Of a stretch of 64,000 bases of DNA, positions 63,614-64,000 are shown in pieces; positions within the stretch are counted from its first letter, which is position 1, and each line of letters opens with the position of its first letter. Source of the stretch: Dehalococcoidia bacterium (GTDB lineage Bacteria > Chloroflexota > Dehalococcoidia > Lucifugimonadales > UBA3495); assembly GCA_963664625.1 (NCBI GenBank), contig OY761541.1:2059670-2123669 (forward strand), written 5' to 3'. The notes under the pieces are model-generated. The model was not told the DNA's origin. It did not search any database and saw only the letters and a program-made list of their open reading frames with translations. A program made the position numbers and the translations under genes.

Positions 63614-64000
63614 TGACTCGCACCGGCTCCGACTATATCAAGGCGGCCAACGACGGGCGGTCCATTTACTTGGACGGCAAGCTGGTCGAGAATGCCGTGG
63701 ACCACCTGGCTTTTCGAAACGCCCTGCGCACCGTCGCCGGGCTTTACGACTACCAAGCCGCGCAGGAAAACCGCGACCTGATGACATTCGAGTCCCCCAC
63801 TGGCGGCGGGTACGTAAACCGCTCCTGGCAACTGCCGTCGTCATACCAAGAACTGGTGAAGCGGCGGGAAGCCATCACCGCTTGGGCTGAGCTGACCTTC
63901 GGTTTCATGGGACGCTCTCCCGACCACGTCGCCTCGTGTCTCAACGGCATGGTCATGGGCATAGACATCTTCGAGCGTCACGGCAGGGAGCGGGCGCAGG
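63613..64000 (+). CDS. HpaB-family hydroxylase, N-terminal part (runs off the window)
   Basis: ATGA overlap with the GMC stop. MTRTGSDYIKAANDGRSIYLDGKLVENAVDH...AGLYDYQ... The ORF is open to the window end. Confidence 0.7.
   Translation, partial: MTRTGSDYIKAANDGRSIYLDGKLVENAVDHLAFRNALRTVAGLYDYQAAQENRDLMTFESPTGGGYVNRSWQLPSSYQELVKRREAITAWAELTFGFMGRSPDHVASCLNGMVMGIDIFERHGRERAQ

Overview
A high-GC (about 60% by eye) bacterial chromosomal window with about 80 protein genes, one tRNA-Thr(CGU), no rRNA, no CRISPR array and no recognisable transposase or integrase ORF. The backbone is catabolic and redox paralogues: 3 intact and 1 frameshifted luciferase-like (LLM) flavin/F420 oxidoreductases, an F420:NADPH reductase, 2 HpaB-family hydroxylases plus a 5' remnant, a P450, GMC, SDR, MDR-ADH and Gfo/Idh/MocA enzymes, a ThDP enzyme, an HpcH aldolase, a MaoC hotdog pair and an amidase. 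This content resembles marine Chloroflexota (SAR202-like), but that is inference only. Accessory material is interleaved: at least 6 toxin-antitoxin-type modules (HipA-like, PIN/RHH, HigB/XRE, RelE/XRE, VapBC, a decayed higBA), two fused NTase-HEPN proteins and two Uma2 nucleases (one with an amber stop). The strongest findings are as follows. (1) A candidate UGSC-motif selenoprotein has an in-frame TGA followed directly by a SECIS-like hairpin. (2) A RelE/XRE cassette sits between two convergent genes, flanked by a 107-bp direct duplication that keeps both 3' ends intact. (3) A translationally coupled operon encodes two retropepsin-like proteases, a HipA-like kinase and a HipS/HIRAN-like protein. 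(4) A low-GC methyltransferase plus AlkB-like dioxygenase cassette lies next to an hpaB remnant. (5) A dense family of ATTCCC-N8-GGGAAT hairpin repeats and three larger composite repeats is present, several embedded in frame in ORFs. (6) An unassigned ~590-bp region holds a Trp-rich mini-ORF, nested GC hairpins and a clean intrinsic terminator. Many long ORFs in the supplied track are antisense or out-of-frame shadows typical of GC-rich DNA and were rejected.
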